DNA of 64,000 bases from a virus (IMGVR_UViG_3300028048_003227:48409-112408); one strand, 5' to 3'. Positions 48,046 to 58,139 are shown, counted from the first letter of the stretch. The notes: generated by a model not told the origin, from the letters alone. Program-made: numbers and translations.

Positions 48046-49524
48046 ATGACACTCAAAGAACTATTTAAACAATCCGAAGACGGATTCGTAAACTACAGGG
48101 CAACGTTTACGAAGATTGATGCGGTCTTTCCTATAGAAGGGGCGGATCGTCTTGTGAGAGCTGTAGTATGTGGAAGAGATGTGGTGGTTTCAAAAGACCT
48201 CCCTCTTGACAGTACGTATGTTTATATCCCTGTTGAAACAAGTCTTTCTCATAAATATTTGAGTAAGAATAACCTCTATCGTATCTCAAGCGAATCCTAT
48301 CAACTTAATGATAACTTCGAAGAGGTTACTAAAATGCTTAATGAAGGGAAGAGTCTTGGAGATTGTGTGAGTATGGGTGGGTTCTTTGAGAAGAATGGAC
48401 GAGTAAAACAAATAAGGATTCGTGGAGTATATTCACAAGGTTATCTTGCTGATATCCAATCACTTAGAAACGCGTACCCTGTGCTTGATCAATGGATGGT
48501 TGATGAGTTTGAAGAGCTCGATGGGGTGAGTTTTGATGTGATCGGAGATGAGATATTCTGTGAGAAGTACCTTGTTGGTGGTAAGCATCTGGTTGATCCA
48601 CAGGCAGGTGGACAAAAACATTTCCGTCAGCGTTCCAAGAACCTCAAACACGCGCGATTACTCGTTCCGGGGCAGTTCTCTTATCACTATGATACCGCTC
48701 AGTTTGCAGATCATTATAAAGAGTTTAATCCCTCTAATGATGTAAGTATATCTGTGAAGGTACACGGAAGTAGCGGTATATTTGCTAATGTCCTTTGTTA
48801 TAAGCAAGCGGAAGGATGGTTTAAGAAAATTATTTATTCTATCTTTAAACCCAAAGAATACAGGCTTCTCTATGCCTCTCGCACAAAGATACGCAATGAG
48901 CGAGTTTATGACACTCCAAAAGAATCTAAGTTTTTCTATGGAAGTGATATCTGGGCTCCTGTTCGCGACCTACTCGCAGGACATATAGATAAAGGGATGA
49001 TCGTGTATGGAGAGATATGTGGATATGTTGAAGGAACCACGAAGATGATTCAGAAAGGTCATGACTATGGATGTGCACCAGGTCGATGGAAGTTCATGCC
49101 TTATAGGATTGTTAATGTGGATAGAGGAGGGAGAAGGACCGAATGGAACTTAAGAGATGTGGTGAAGTGGACGGACGATCTTCGTCAGCATCTCGCTATT
49201 GAACACCGATATGAAGGAGTGGATAAGATTATGCCTTGTCCCATTCTCTACGACGGACCGCTTGGAGATCTCTATCCTGATCTCAGTAAAGATGACGCTA
49301 GTTGGAACTTAGGACTTCTCGAAAGGATGAAGAGTGACAAGGAGAGATTTGGAATGGAGTTGCAGGAACCCCTATGTAAGATGAAAGCGCCTCGTGAAGG
49401 ACTTGTTATAAGAATTAATAACGACCCCGTTCCTCGAGCATGGAAGCTCAAGACCGCAGCTCACTACGACCTCGAGCGTAAGAGTCACGATAGTGGGGAG
49501 AGAGATATAGAAGAAGAATCTTAA
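48046..49524 (+). CDS. ATP-dependent RNA ligase, Rnl2/DRB0094-like
   Basis: PIEGAD N-domain; KVHG, YGEI, EGLVIR, KLK motifs. Confidence 0.85.
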   Translation: MTLKELFKQSEDGFVNYRATFTKIDAVFPIEGADRLVRAVVCGRDVVVSKDLPLDSTYVYIPVETSLSHKYLSKNNLYRISSESYQLNDNFEEVTKMLNEGKSLGDCVSMGGFFEKNGRVKQIRIRGVYSQGYLADIQSLRNAYPVLDQWMVDEFEELDGVSFDVIGDEIFCEKYLVGGKHLVDPQAGGQKHFRQRSKNLKHARLLVPGQFSYHYDTAQFADHYKEFNPSNDVSISVKVHGSSGIFANVLCYKQAEGWFKKIIYSIFKPKEYRLLYASRTKIRNERVYDTPKESKFFYGSDIWAPVRDLLAGHIDKGMIVYGEICGYVEGTTKMIQKGHDYGCAPGRWKFMPYRIVNVDRGGRRTEWNLRDVVKWTDDLRQHLAIEHRYEGVDKIMPCPILYDGPLGDLYPDLSKDDASWNLGLLERMKSDKERFGMELQEPLCKMKAPREGLVIRINNDPVPRAWKLKTAAHYDLERKSHDSGERDIEEES

Positions 49525-49526
49525 TA

Positions 49527-49730
49527 TTAAGATTCTTCTATATCTTCTGATGGAACTGTAATTTCTATAGCTTTTTCTATATCTTCCGACGGAACTGTAA
49601 CTCCTATATATCTATATATCTTTGCGAGATCCACAGTATCTGCATGCTCAAGTATAGTAGCGGCGGGAAGAGTACTTGTTATTAAGCCCAAACTTTTAAG
49701 TTCGTTGATTTGTTCAGCTGTAAGTTTCAT
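49527..49730 (-). CDS. small hypothetical protein with duplicated TVPSEDIE
   Basis: ORF with AT-rich upstream region. Confidence 0.55.
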   Translation of the reverse strand: MKLTAEQINELKSLGLITSTLPAATILEHADTVDLAKIYRYIGVTVPSEDIEKAIEITVPSEDIEES

Positions 49731-49782
49731 TGTTTTCGTATTGCATTTATAAAAATAATAAGTGAATTTAGTATTTTAATTC

Positions 49783-50676
49783 ATGATTAAGATAAACTCT
49801 GAATTGCCTATTACACTTCTCGATAAGTATAATGAGAAGCTTAATGATTTTGATTTTGTATTATTTCACCTTTATGTAAGTGAGCCTGAATACAAGAAGT
49901 ATTTTGATGGAATGAGAGAGAGTTATCCTGAGAGACGGATGATTCTTGATAATTCTGCATATGAGTTCTTTGTGAAAGGTGAGGAACTTGATTTAGACGA
50001 ATACGCAAAAACAATCATTGAACTCAATCCAGATTATTATATTCTCCCGGATACTCTTATGGATAAGGAAAAGACTATTCAAGATGTGTTGAGGTTTGAA
50101 AAGAATCAAAGGAGAGAAATTGAGGAATACTTTAAAAATATTGACGAAGGAGCACCTCAACCAATCGCAGTAGTACAAGGAAATACGGTTGATGAATTTA
50201 ATAGATGTTTGTTCATTCTTTTGAACATGGGATATACAAATATTGCTATTCCATTTCATAATACATTTCTTAAAGATGAGATAGTTGAATGTGATGGTGA
50301 TATGGCATGCGAATTTGCTTCAGCTGGGTACAAGGAATGCACAGAAGATGTAAGGTATGCGATGGGTAGGTGTATGTGGGTGAAACATTATGGGCTTAAT
50401 ATTCTTTCTCCAGATGGTAAGCCGCGATATAATCTACTTCATTTTCTCGGAAGTCATTGTCCGGCCGAGAAGAAGTATTTGAATACATTTTTTTCTCCAT
50501 CTAGCAACGTTAGTATGGATACTGGATATCCTGTTAAACTTGCTATTGAAGGAGAGGTGCTTGGGGTAGAGAAAGAGAAACCAAAAACAATTATTGATGA
50601 TTTTATGCATGATGAGTTTTCCCCAGAGAAACAAAAACTTATTGAAGACAATATAAATACATTTAAAAATTATTAA
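49783..50676 (+). CDS. TGT-fold protein, candidate DpdA-like guanine transglycosylase
   Basis: ILDNSAY, PD, AVVQG, HFLG, SMDT pattern; QueC nearby. Confidence 0.55.
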   Translation: MIKINSELPITLLDKYNEKLNDFDFVLFHLYVSEPEYKKYFDGMRESYPERRMILDNSAYEFFVKGEELDLDEYAKTIIELNPDYYILPDTLMDKEKTIQDVLRFEKNQRREIEEYFKNIDEGAPQPIAVVQGNTVDEFNRCLFILLNMGYTNIAIPFHNTFLKDEIVECDGDMACEFASAGYKECTEDVRYAMGRCMWVKHYGLNILSPDGKPRYNLLHFLGSHCPAEKKYLNTFFSPSSNVSMDTGYPVKLAIEGEVLGVEKEKPKTIIDDFMHDEFSPEKQKLIEDNINTFKNY

Positions 50677-51707
50677 TGAAGTATATAACAGTTCTTATAA
50701 CAGACACTCATTTTGGTACACATAATAATTCCATGACGTGGCTGAGGTCCCAAAAGGAGTTTTTCGATAAACAAGTTATACCACATTTAAAAGAACTTAA
50801 AAACTCTGAGTATAGTATTCGCCTTATTCATTGTGGAGATGTGTTTGATAGTCGATCAACCATTAATTCATATGTGGCTACCCAGGTGGTTAAGTTATTT
50901 GACCAAATGTGTGATGTTGTTGATAAATTATTGATAGTTAATGGTAATCATGATTTTTACCAGCCATCAGATGATTCAGTAGACACAGTAACACTTATAT
51001 TCAAACAACTACAACTGATTCATAAAGATAAGTTGGATATAATTTCAGATAAGAAAGTTCTTGGTGGATGGGGAAATGAAGTGAGTCTTTATGTACCGTG
51101 GTACGAATGGATCAAGCATGATGACTTGATTGAATATCTTGAAAATTATAAAGAAGGACATGATAAACCAATCACTCACCTCTTCACACACGCGGATATT
51201 GTTAGGGATAAATACGAATTAGACATACCAAATATTATATCAGGACACATCCATACTCCTATGTTTGTTGATAATCTAAAAAATCTTGGAAGTGTGTTTG
51301 CCTTGACCTTCGCTGATTGTAACTCTGCAAGAGGATTTTATGAGTACGAAGATGGTGGTGAGTTGAAGTTTATAGAGAATAAGTATAGTATAAGGTTTTG
51401 GAGATTTTACGACGACGATATATTTAAGATTTCAGATGATCTCCAAAAAGACGATTACATAGAGATATATCTTAGTAAAGCTAATATATCAAAAAAGAAA
51501 TATGTTGACAGGTGGAGTGAGTTGGCAAAAGAATATAAGAATATTTGGAGATATCCAAAGATTGAAGATGATGATGGGAGTGGGAGGATAAATGCTAAAC
51601 AGTTTGAAGGATATAATATTGAAACAATGACAGAAAGTCTTATTCCTGATGAACTAAAAGATAAATTTGAGAAGGTAAAACAATATATTAATACAAATAA
51701 AGATTAA
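50676..51707 (+). CDS. gp47/SbcD/Mre11-like recombination nuclease
   Basis: DTHFG, CGDVFD, GNHD, SGHIH. Confidence 0.85.
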   Translation: MKYITVLITDTHFGTHNNSMTWLRSQKEFFDKQVIPHLKELKNSEYSIRLIHCGDVFDSRSTINSYVATQVVKLFDQMCDVVDKLLIVNGNHDFYQPSDDSVDTVTLIFKQLQLIHKDKLDIISDKKVLGGWGNEVSLYVPWYEWIKHDDLIEYLENYKEGHDKPITHLFTHADIVRDKYELDIPNIISGHIHTPMFVDNLKNLGSVFALTFADCNSARGFYEYEDGGELKFIENKYSIRFWRFYDDDIFKISDDLQKDDYIEIYLSKANISKKKYVDRWSELAKEYKNIWRYPKIEDDDGSGRINAKQFEGYNIETMTESLIPDELKDKFEKVKQYINTNKD

Positions 51708-51717
51708 AAAAGATCTC

Positions 51718-53013
51718 TTAAATGAGATCTTTTATTGTATTTATTACATCTTCTAATTTAATTGAAAACACTTCCACCCAATTAAGATTATGTTCTTTAG
51801 CCCATTGACGTTTCATAGGATCGCGAAATGTCCATGTTTCTATACAATTTTCATATAATTTAGTATTTTTCCTTTCCCATTTTAATAAAGTTTTAATATC
51901 ATCTTCATTATTTGGATTAAACGGATGTCCGCCATGCCCCCAATATCCTTGTATTTCGAGATAAAGATTTTTATTAGGGAAGTAAAAGTCACACACAAAT
52001 GGATATATATTACTTCTATATTGATATTTATAATTTATACCATTATCATCCAACCATTTTTTAAAATCTTTTTCTATTTGTGATGAAGAAAAAGATTTAT
52101 TTTTCTTTTTTGTATTATAATTTTTCACTTTATATTCATCTGTTTGTGCATAATGTTTCACTCCATATTTATCTAACATTGTTTGTTCCGCTTTATCTTG
52201 AAACTTTTTTAATTTAGACGCATATTTCACTCCATATTTATCTAACATTGTTTGTTCCGCTTTATCTTTAAATTCTTTTATTCGTAGTGCTTTCTCCTCC
52301 CCATATTTATCTAACATTGTTTGTTTCGCTTTGTTTTGAAATTCATCACTTAAAAAAACATTTTCAACTCCATATCTATCTAAATTAGTTTGTTTAATTT
52401 TTTCTTTAATGGAATCGATATGCATTGGATTATCCTCTCCATATTTATCTAACATTGTTTGTTTAATTTTTCCCTGTATATCTTTAGACGCAAATGGATT
52501 TTCAACCCCATATTTTTTAAGATTAGTTTGTTTCACTTTTTCCTGTATGACTGGATTATGAACCGTACATGTACATCCATATCTATCTAAATTAGTTTGT
52601 TTGGTTTTCTTTTTTATCTGATCAGATTGAGACGCATATTCTGCACCATACTTTTTAATATTTGTCTTTTTAATTTTTCCCTGTATATCTTTAGACGCAA
52701 ATGGATTTTCAACCCCATATTTTTTAAGATTAGTTTGCTTGGTTTTATCTGATACTTTTTTAGATAAACCCTTGCATTGTCTACTACATGTAATTGCATA
52801 ACCAGTCATGATCCCTTTATAAGGTAAACGTTTTCCGCAAACATCACACACTGGGTAATCATTGATATTATTATAAAACCAATATAATTTTTCAGACCAC
52901 GTTATATCTTCTGGATATTTTAATAATTTTAAATATAGATTATGATAATTTTCGTCTAAATAATTTTCAATGTTTTTTCTTTTAAAAAATTCTTTAATGT
53001 CTGGATTTTTCAC
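51718..53013 (-). CDS. homing endonuclease with KQT..KYG repeats
   Basis: about 10 repeats; CDFY...LEIQGYWGHG nuclease domain. Confidence 0.75.
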   Translation of the reverse strand: MKNPDIKEFFKRKNIENYLDENYHNLYLKLLKYPEDITWSEKLYWFYNNINDYPVCDVCGKRLPYKGIMTGYAITCSRQCKGLSKKVSDKTKQTNLKKYGVENPFASKDIQGKIKKTNIKKYGAEYASQSDQIKKKTKQTNLDRYGCTCTVHNPVIQEKVKQTNLKKYGVENPFASKDIQGKIKQTMLDKYGEDNPMHIDSIKEKIKQTNLDRYGVENVFLSDEFQNKAKQTMLDKYGEEKALRIKEFKDKAEQTMLDKYGVKYASKLKKFQDKAEQTMLDKYGVKHYAQTDEYKVKNYNTKKKNKSFSSSQIEKDFKKWLDDNGINYKYQYRSNIYPFVCDFYFPNKNLYLEIQGYWGHGGHPFNPNNEDDIKTLLKWERKNTKLYENCIETWTFRDPMKRQWAKEHNLNWVEVFSIKLEDVINTIKDLI

Positions 53014-53078
53014 ATGATAATATTTATTTAAACATTATTTTTAATATATTTAATCATTGATAAAATAATAAAATAAAA

Positions 53079-53660
53079 ATGAGGTATATTTTAACTGGAA
53101 CACAGGGAACCGGAAAATCAACACTACTGCATCATTTTGATGATAAAATGACTGTTGTAACAGAGGTTGTGAGGAATCTTGCAAAGACGGATGGTATTGC
53201 TGTTAATGAAAATGGCAATATGGAGGGTCAGACAAAAATTTTCAATACATATTATAATATTCTTTCAAATACTCCTGGACCATATATTTCCGATCGGGGT
53301 CTTACTGATGTCATTGCATATACTGTTTATAACATGAGCAGACTAATAAGTGAAGGGAGAATTAGTCAGGAGGAAGGACAGAGGTTTATTGAAGAACAAA
53401 TAAATCGTTTTATTGATTTCTCTGATAAGAATGAAGATGTTGTTTATTTCTATGTGCCGATTGAGTTTGACGTGGTGGACGATGGTTTCAGGAGTACTAA
53501 TGAGGAGTTCCGTAGGGAGATAGATAATAATATTAGTGAGTTGTTTGAATATATGGAAGGCCTCCATATGGGATTGAATGTATTTACGTTGAGAGGATCT
53601 GTAGAAGAGAGACTTGATACGATGGAAGAGATTATGAAAAATTACGGTGATATAAATTAA
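53079..53660 (+). CDS. P-loop NTPase / nucleotide kinase (NadR/AAA_28-like)
   Basis: GTQGTGKST, ISDRG, DDGFR. Confidence 0.75.
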   Translation: MRYILTGTQGTGKSTLLHHFDDKMTVVTEVVRNLAKTDGIAVNENGNMEGQTKIFNTYYNILSNTPGPYISDRGLTDVIAYTVYNMSRLISEGRISQEEGQRFIEEQINRFIDFSDKNEDVVYFYVPIEFDVVDDGFRSTNEEFRREIDNNISELFEYMEGLHMGLNVFTLRGSVEERLDTMEEIMKNYGDIN

Positions 53661-53672
53661 AAAAGTAAAATT

Positions 53673-54419
53673 ATGAGTGAATTTAAAGCAAACAAAGTAG
53701 TACTGAGTTGTTCGGGAGGGCTGGATTCCAGCTGCCTTTTACTTAAACTCCTTGCAGAAGGCAAAGAGGTGAGGTGTTATAGTTTTGATTATGGTCAGAA
53801 GCATAGGATTGAACTTGAGAAGATCAAGAAGAATATTGCTTTCCTACAGAGTAAGGGTCTTCCTGTTACTCACCAGATAGTAGATATGACCGGTGTGTTC
53901 TCAGGAAACACAAGTTCTCTTGTGGCCAGCACAGGTAAGGATATTCCACATGGTCATTATGCCGCAGAGAATATGAAGAGTACCGTGGTGCCTTTGAGAA
54001 ATGTATTGTTCAGTGCAGTGGTGTTCAGCAAGGCAATTAACTGGGCTGTAGAGAGTGGAGAAAATGTTATTATCAGTCTTGGTATACATGCGGGAGACCA
54101 TACTATCTATCCTGATTGTCGTCCAGAGAGCCGTGAGGCCTGCGAACATGCGTTTAAGGTCTCTGATTGGAATGCCGATAAGGTTGCTTACGAGGCGCCG
54201 TTTGTGAATATCGATAAGGGTGAGGTTCTTGCCGAAGGACTCCGTGCAATGAAGGCTCTTGGTTGGAGTGATGAGGATAGGGATGAGTTCCTTCGTAATA
54301 CTCATACTTGTTACGATCCGGATCCGGAAGGAAGGAGCTGTGGTAAGTGTGGTAGCTGCACCGAGAGACTTGAAGCATTTGAGAAGAATGGATTAAAAGA
54401 CCCGATTGAATATCAGTAA
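53673..54419 (+). CDS. queC: 7-cyano-7-deazaguanine synthase
   Basis: SGGLDS, YGQKH, VPLRN, YPDCR, TCY...CGKCGSC. Confidence 0.93.
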   Translation: MSEFKANKVVLSCSGGLDSSCLLLKLLAEGKEVRCYSFDYGQKHRIELEKIKKNIAFLQSKGLPVTHQIVDMTGVFSGNTSSLVASTGKDIPHGHYAAENMKSTVVPLRNVLFSAVVFSKAINWAVESGENVIISLGIHAGDHTIYPDCRPESREACEHAFKVSDWNADKVAYEAPFVNIDKGEVLAEGLRAMKALGWSDEDRDEFLRNTHTCYDPDPEGRSCGKCGSCTERLEAFEKNGLKDPIEYQ

Positions 54420-54420
54420 C

Positions 54421-54450
54421 AAAAAAGGAACTCTTACGAGTTCCTTTTTT
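54421..54450. terminator. bidirectional terminator
   Basis: aaaaaaggaactc-ttac-gagttcctttttt. Confidence 0.8.
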
Positions 54451-55007
54451 TAATCGATCTTTTTAAGATTTGGATACTTAAAATATTTTTTCATTTTATT
54501 ATAAAACAGCGCTAACCCAATACCATTTATAGTCATTTGTTTAGGATCTGTTATAATAGGTTGTTTATCTTTATGAATTTTTTCGAATCCTTCAAAAAAA
54601 CCATCAATAGTTTTTATTAATTTATTAGGTGTACGCCCCCATACTGAATTAAATGTTATTCCTTTAATTCGACCCAATACTCTTTTTGAATCACTCAAAT
54701 ATAAATTGAAAGACTCATCTACACCATAGACAACATATGGAATTATAACAACGTTTCGAGGTAGATTAACCTTAACGATTACAAAATTAATATTTATTTG
54801 TTCGTATAAATTTTTAGCATTTTTAACAAGTGGAGAATAAAAAGATACAATATAATTACCCCTGGTATTTTGATCTATTTCGATATTGATCCCATCCTTA
54901 TTTGCATCATCAATCTTACTCCGAACATAATCCACAACAGAATCAAAATCAATCGGAATTTCTGTAGTTATATTATCATCAAATATACTTTCCACTAAAC
55001 TTTTCAT
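54450..55007 (-). CDS. hypothetical protein with MKSLVESIFD leader
   Basis: shared leader. Confidence 0.65.
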   Translation of the reverse strand: MKSLVESIFDDNITTEIPIDFDSVVDYVRSKIDDANKDGINIEIDQNTRGNYIVSFYSPLVKNAKNLYEQININFVIVKVNLPRNVVIIPYVVYGVDESFNLYLSDSKRVLGRIKGITFNSVWGRTPNKLIKTIDGFFEGFEKIHKDKQPIITDPKQMTINGIGLALFYNKMKKYFKYPNLKKID

Positions 55008-55009
55008 AA

Positions 55010-55501
55010 CTATTGACTTGTATTGTTTCTCAAACTACTTACACAACTCTTAATATAAGAACTAGCTTGACTAAGTCCAGAGAACGTACGATAACGGTTT
55101 GATGTATTATAGACATTACCCGTTTTCCCATCGGGATCAAATACTATTAAAAATGTCTTAGATGCAGTTTTTCCTGTGGGAGGATTAGAGTATGTAACCT
55201 TGGCTGTGACATAACGACCGAAATCAGCAACCTCTGCAGAGTATCCTGTTCCTATTCCATTAAGATATCCTAATAACTGCTTACCAAACGACCAGGAAGC
55301 ATAAATTTTAGGGTCTTGATAGTAAAGATAATCACTATACGCTCCTTTATCATACTTAGGACCGGTGACAGCAGAAGTGGCACGAACATCTCCAGGACCA
55401 CCACCCATAATATCGGCGAGTGATCCTTCGTTGATAGTATCTTTATCAAACACGAGGATACCATCAAATTGATCGATGTTTATATCTTTTAAATCAACCA
55501 T
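55010..55501 (-). CDS. hypothetical protein, possibly virion
   Basis: ORF; INE site near N-terminus. Confidence 0.65.
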   Translation of the reverse strand: MVDLKDINIDQFDGILVFDKDTINEGSLADIMGGGPGDVRATSAVTGPKYDKGAYSDYLYYQDPKIYASWSFGKQLLGYLNGIGTGYSAEVADFGRYVTAKVTYSNPPTGKTASKTFLIVFDPDGKTGNVYNTSNRYRTFSGLSQASSYIKSCVSSLRNNTSQ

Positions 55502-55932
55502 GCTTCTTTACATACTTTCATTGAGACTGTGTTAAAGAGATTGACGATAGCGTCTTCGTCCCAATCCCCTTCTTTATCCATTTTATTGAGCTTACTTAAG
55601 ATATCAATTTTCTCCGCTTCGTCTTCCATTGTATCACACAACCAATCAGTAAGATCAGCAATGTCTAATTTATCATCTTCTGCATAGGAATCAATATATA
55701 TTTTAATGCCCTCAATAGTATCTTTAACTGCCTCCGCACAAGCATCCCAGTGTTTTGGATCAAGGTCTTCTGCATCTCCAGCGGAGTAATAGTCAGACAT
55801 GAGTTTCTTAATATTGTTTGCAGAGTTCCATTTTTCTATCTTATCAATTCCTTTAAGAAGGTCTGCCACCTTTACTTTCTTCGCTTCATCAAGACGAATA
55901 CTTTCATTGATATATTCATTAATTGCCTTCAT
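55489..55932 (-). CDS. putative internal virion protein (MKAINEYINES)
   Basis: leader; paralog of next gene (WDE...FNxVS.xVCK). Confidence 0.65.
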   Translation of the reverse strand: MKAINEYINESIRLDEAKKVKVADLLKGIDKIEKWNSANNIKKLMSDYYSAGDAEDLDPKHWDACAEAVKDTIEGIKIYIDSYAEDDKLDIADLTDWLCDTMEDEAEKIDILSKLNKMDKEGDWDEDAIVNLFNTVSMKVCKEAWLI

Positions 55933-55933
55933 A

Positions 55934-56299
55934 TTATATTAAAGTTTTTTTACACACTAGTTCAGATACTTTATTAAACATTTCAAACATCTTCTCTTCA
56001 TCCCATCCATACTCATATCCTTGATAACTCTTAATTAGGATATCAGTTTTCTCGGATAAAAATTTCCTTAAATCATCTTTTTTATAAGCGGGGTCATCTT
56101 CAACCCACTCATCAATATACTCACAAAGCGCCTTAATTAAGTTACCAGTTGACATGACTTCATCCCTATCCCTAAATCCAAACAGCTTCTTTATATTACT
56201 GTCCTTATCAGCAAACTCATATATAGATGTTAATTCCTGTTTAAGAGCAGACCAGAATGTTAATATTGATTCATTGATATATTCAGTTATTGTCTTCAT
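55934..56299 (-). CDS. putative internal virion protein (MKTITEYINES)
   Basis: leader; start reassigned. Confidence 0.65.
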   Translation of the reverse strand: MKTITEYINESILTFWSALKQELTSIYEFADKDSNIKKLFGFRDRDEVMSTGNLIKALCEYIDEWVEDDPAYKKDDLRKFLSEKTDILIKSYQGYEYGWDEEKMFEMFNKVSELVCKKTLI

Positions 56300-56316
56300 A
56301 ACTCTTATTTTTATTT

Positions 56317-56523
56317 TTATTTCTTTTTTCCTATATGCCACTTACCACAAACCTTACATAAGTATGATTGATAACCATTCATCTTATACTTTTTTATCCA
56401 GGCATCTGCATCTTCTTTGGATGTAAACTGCTTTTTGGGTTTCCAAAGTCCATTCTTCCGAGCGTAATGCTCGCGCTTAATGATATGTTTATTACAATCA
56501 GACCTCTGCGTTGGCTTGATCAT
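56317..56523 (-). CDS. small Zn-finger protein
   Basis: YLCKVCGKWHIG. Confidence 0.6.
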   Translation of the reverse strand: MIKPTQRSDCNKHIIKREHYARKNGLWKPKKQFTSKEDADAWIKKYKMNGYQSYLCKVCGKWHIGKKK

Positions 56524-56567
56524 ATATAAATAATAAATGAAACATGACATTTATATATTTTTATAGT

Positions 56568-57656
56568 ATGAATAATCTTACGTTAATATGCGATATGAAC
56601 TTCGTTTTGATGTCGAGGTATAGTGTTGTTGGAGGATTCCAGAAAGGTGCTCCAAAACGCGTTCTTGAGAGCTCGGAACGAAACTTGGCTGACATGCTTG
56701 CAAGAAGCATTAATATTATACTTAATCGTTTTCCCGCCGTGGATAACATCGTTCTTGTTGCGGATGGTGGTAGCTGGCGCAAACAACTACCCGTACCCGA
56801 ACAACTCAAAAATGTTACTTATAAGGGTAACCGAGAGAAACAGGAAGAGGTTGCCTGGGATTATGTGTTCAACTCCCTCCGAGATCTCATGAGATGTGCT
56901 AAAGACGCGGGACTCACCACGGCACAGACACTCACAGCAGAAGGTGATGACTGGGTGTGGTATTGGAGTAGGAGGCTTAATGCCCAGGGGACAAATGTTC
57001 TTATCTGGAGTATTGATCGAGACCTGCAGCAGCTTATTCAAAGGACGCCGGATGGTGCTTTTACTGCTTGGTATAACGATAAAGCCGGACTTTGTCTTCC
57101 CGAGTATTATAAAAATGAAAAAGAGGTAGATCCAATAGACTTCTTTATGTCTCCTGAGTCCTATGATAATCAAATTATTGATTCTATAAAAGCATCCGCG
57201 GGAAAGGTATCATACATCAACCCCAACGAAGTGGTAATTGAGAAGGTGATGTGTGGTGATAGTGGAGATAATATTAAAGCGGTGGTGAGATACGAGAAAG
57301 GCGGGAGAACTTATAGATTTAGTGAAGGAGACTTGAAAAAATATCAAGAATATGACCTTCCTATGACCACTGTAGATGATCTCAAAGAATGTCGAGAAGG
57401 AATAGCCGATTGGATCATTAATAACAAAAAGTTCACCCCCTATCACTTCAAGAAGAAAGATATTCTTGAGATGATCGACTATAATATCAAACTCGTTTGG
57501 TTAAACGAAGAAACCATACCTCAACCTGTTATTCAGTCTATGAATGAAGTAGAGTATAAGAAGGTTGATGTGGGGGTGTTAAGGAGTAATTATAAACTTC
57601 TTGCGAAGACCCAGGAAGATACTGATATCGAGAGTATATTTGAGGATATCCAGTAA
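56568..57656 (+). CDS. T4 RNase H-like 5'-3' exonuclease (FEN family)
   Basis: SWRK, YKGNR, EGDD, DRDL, GDSGDNI. Confidence 0.88.
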   Translation: MNNLTLICDMNFVLMSRYSVVGGFQKGAPKRVLESSERNLADMLARSINIILNRFPAVDNIVLVADGGSWRKQLPVPEQLKNVTYKGNREKQEEVAWDYVFNSLRDLMRCAKDAGLTTAQTLTAEGDDWVWYWSRRLNAQGTNVLIWSIDRDLQQLIQRTPDGAFTAWYNDKAGLCLPEYYKNEKEVDPIDFFMSPESYDNQIIDSIKASAGKVSYINPNEVVIEKVMCGDSGDNIKAVVRYEKGGRTYRFSEGDLKKYQEYDLPMTTVDDLKECREGIADWIINNKKFTPYHFKKKDILEMIDYNIKLVWLNEETIPQPVIQSMNEVEYKKVDVGVLRSNYKLLAKTQEDTDIESIFEDIQ

Positions 57657-57686
57657 ATTTCAGGTTGGTATTTGTTAAATACATAC

Positions 57687-58109
57687 ATGAGTATATTTGA
57701 TGAAGATATAATCACAAGAGTTCCGTTTGATGATTATCGGTAGACATCGATTTTGTTTATAAAACGACAGCTTGCATATGGTTCCGATTTTAGCACGATG
57801 CTGAATTGTGGAAAATATACTGATTTCTGTCGATTGATAAATGAACGAGTAAACTCATGTGTTAATCATGAATACAATCTATCACATGGTGTAAAAGAAG
57901 AACATATATCTATCCATCCTATAGGGAACATTGCATATTGTAAATATTTTCAAATCAATTCATGTATAACAACATTAGACGAATGTCGAATTAAATTATA
58001 TTCAAGATGTTTTTGTATAAAACCGGATATGTTTGGATATATGAGAGTTGTTTGGGATGACGAGGTAAAGGATTTGACTGCCAAAGAGCAGTTCGAAAAG
58101 ATAAAATGA
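57687..58109 (+). pseudogene. MSIFD-family gene with in-frame TAG at 57741-57743
   Basis: MSIFDEDII start is in frame with the downstream ORF. Confidence 0.55.
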
Positions 58110-58139
58110 ACCACAATAAAAGAGAAGAGTATAATAGTC

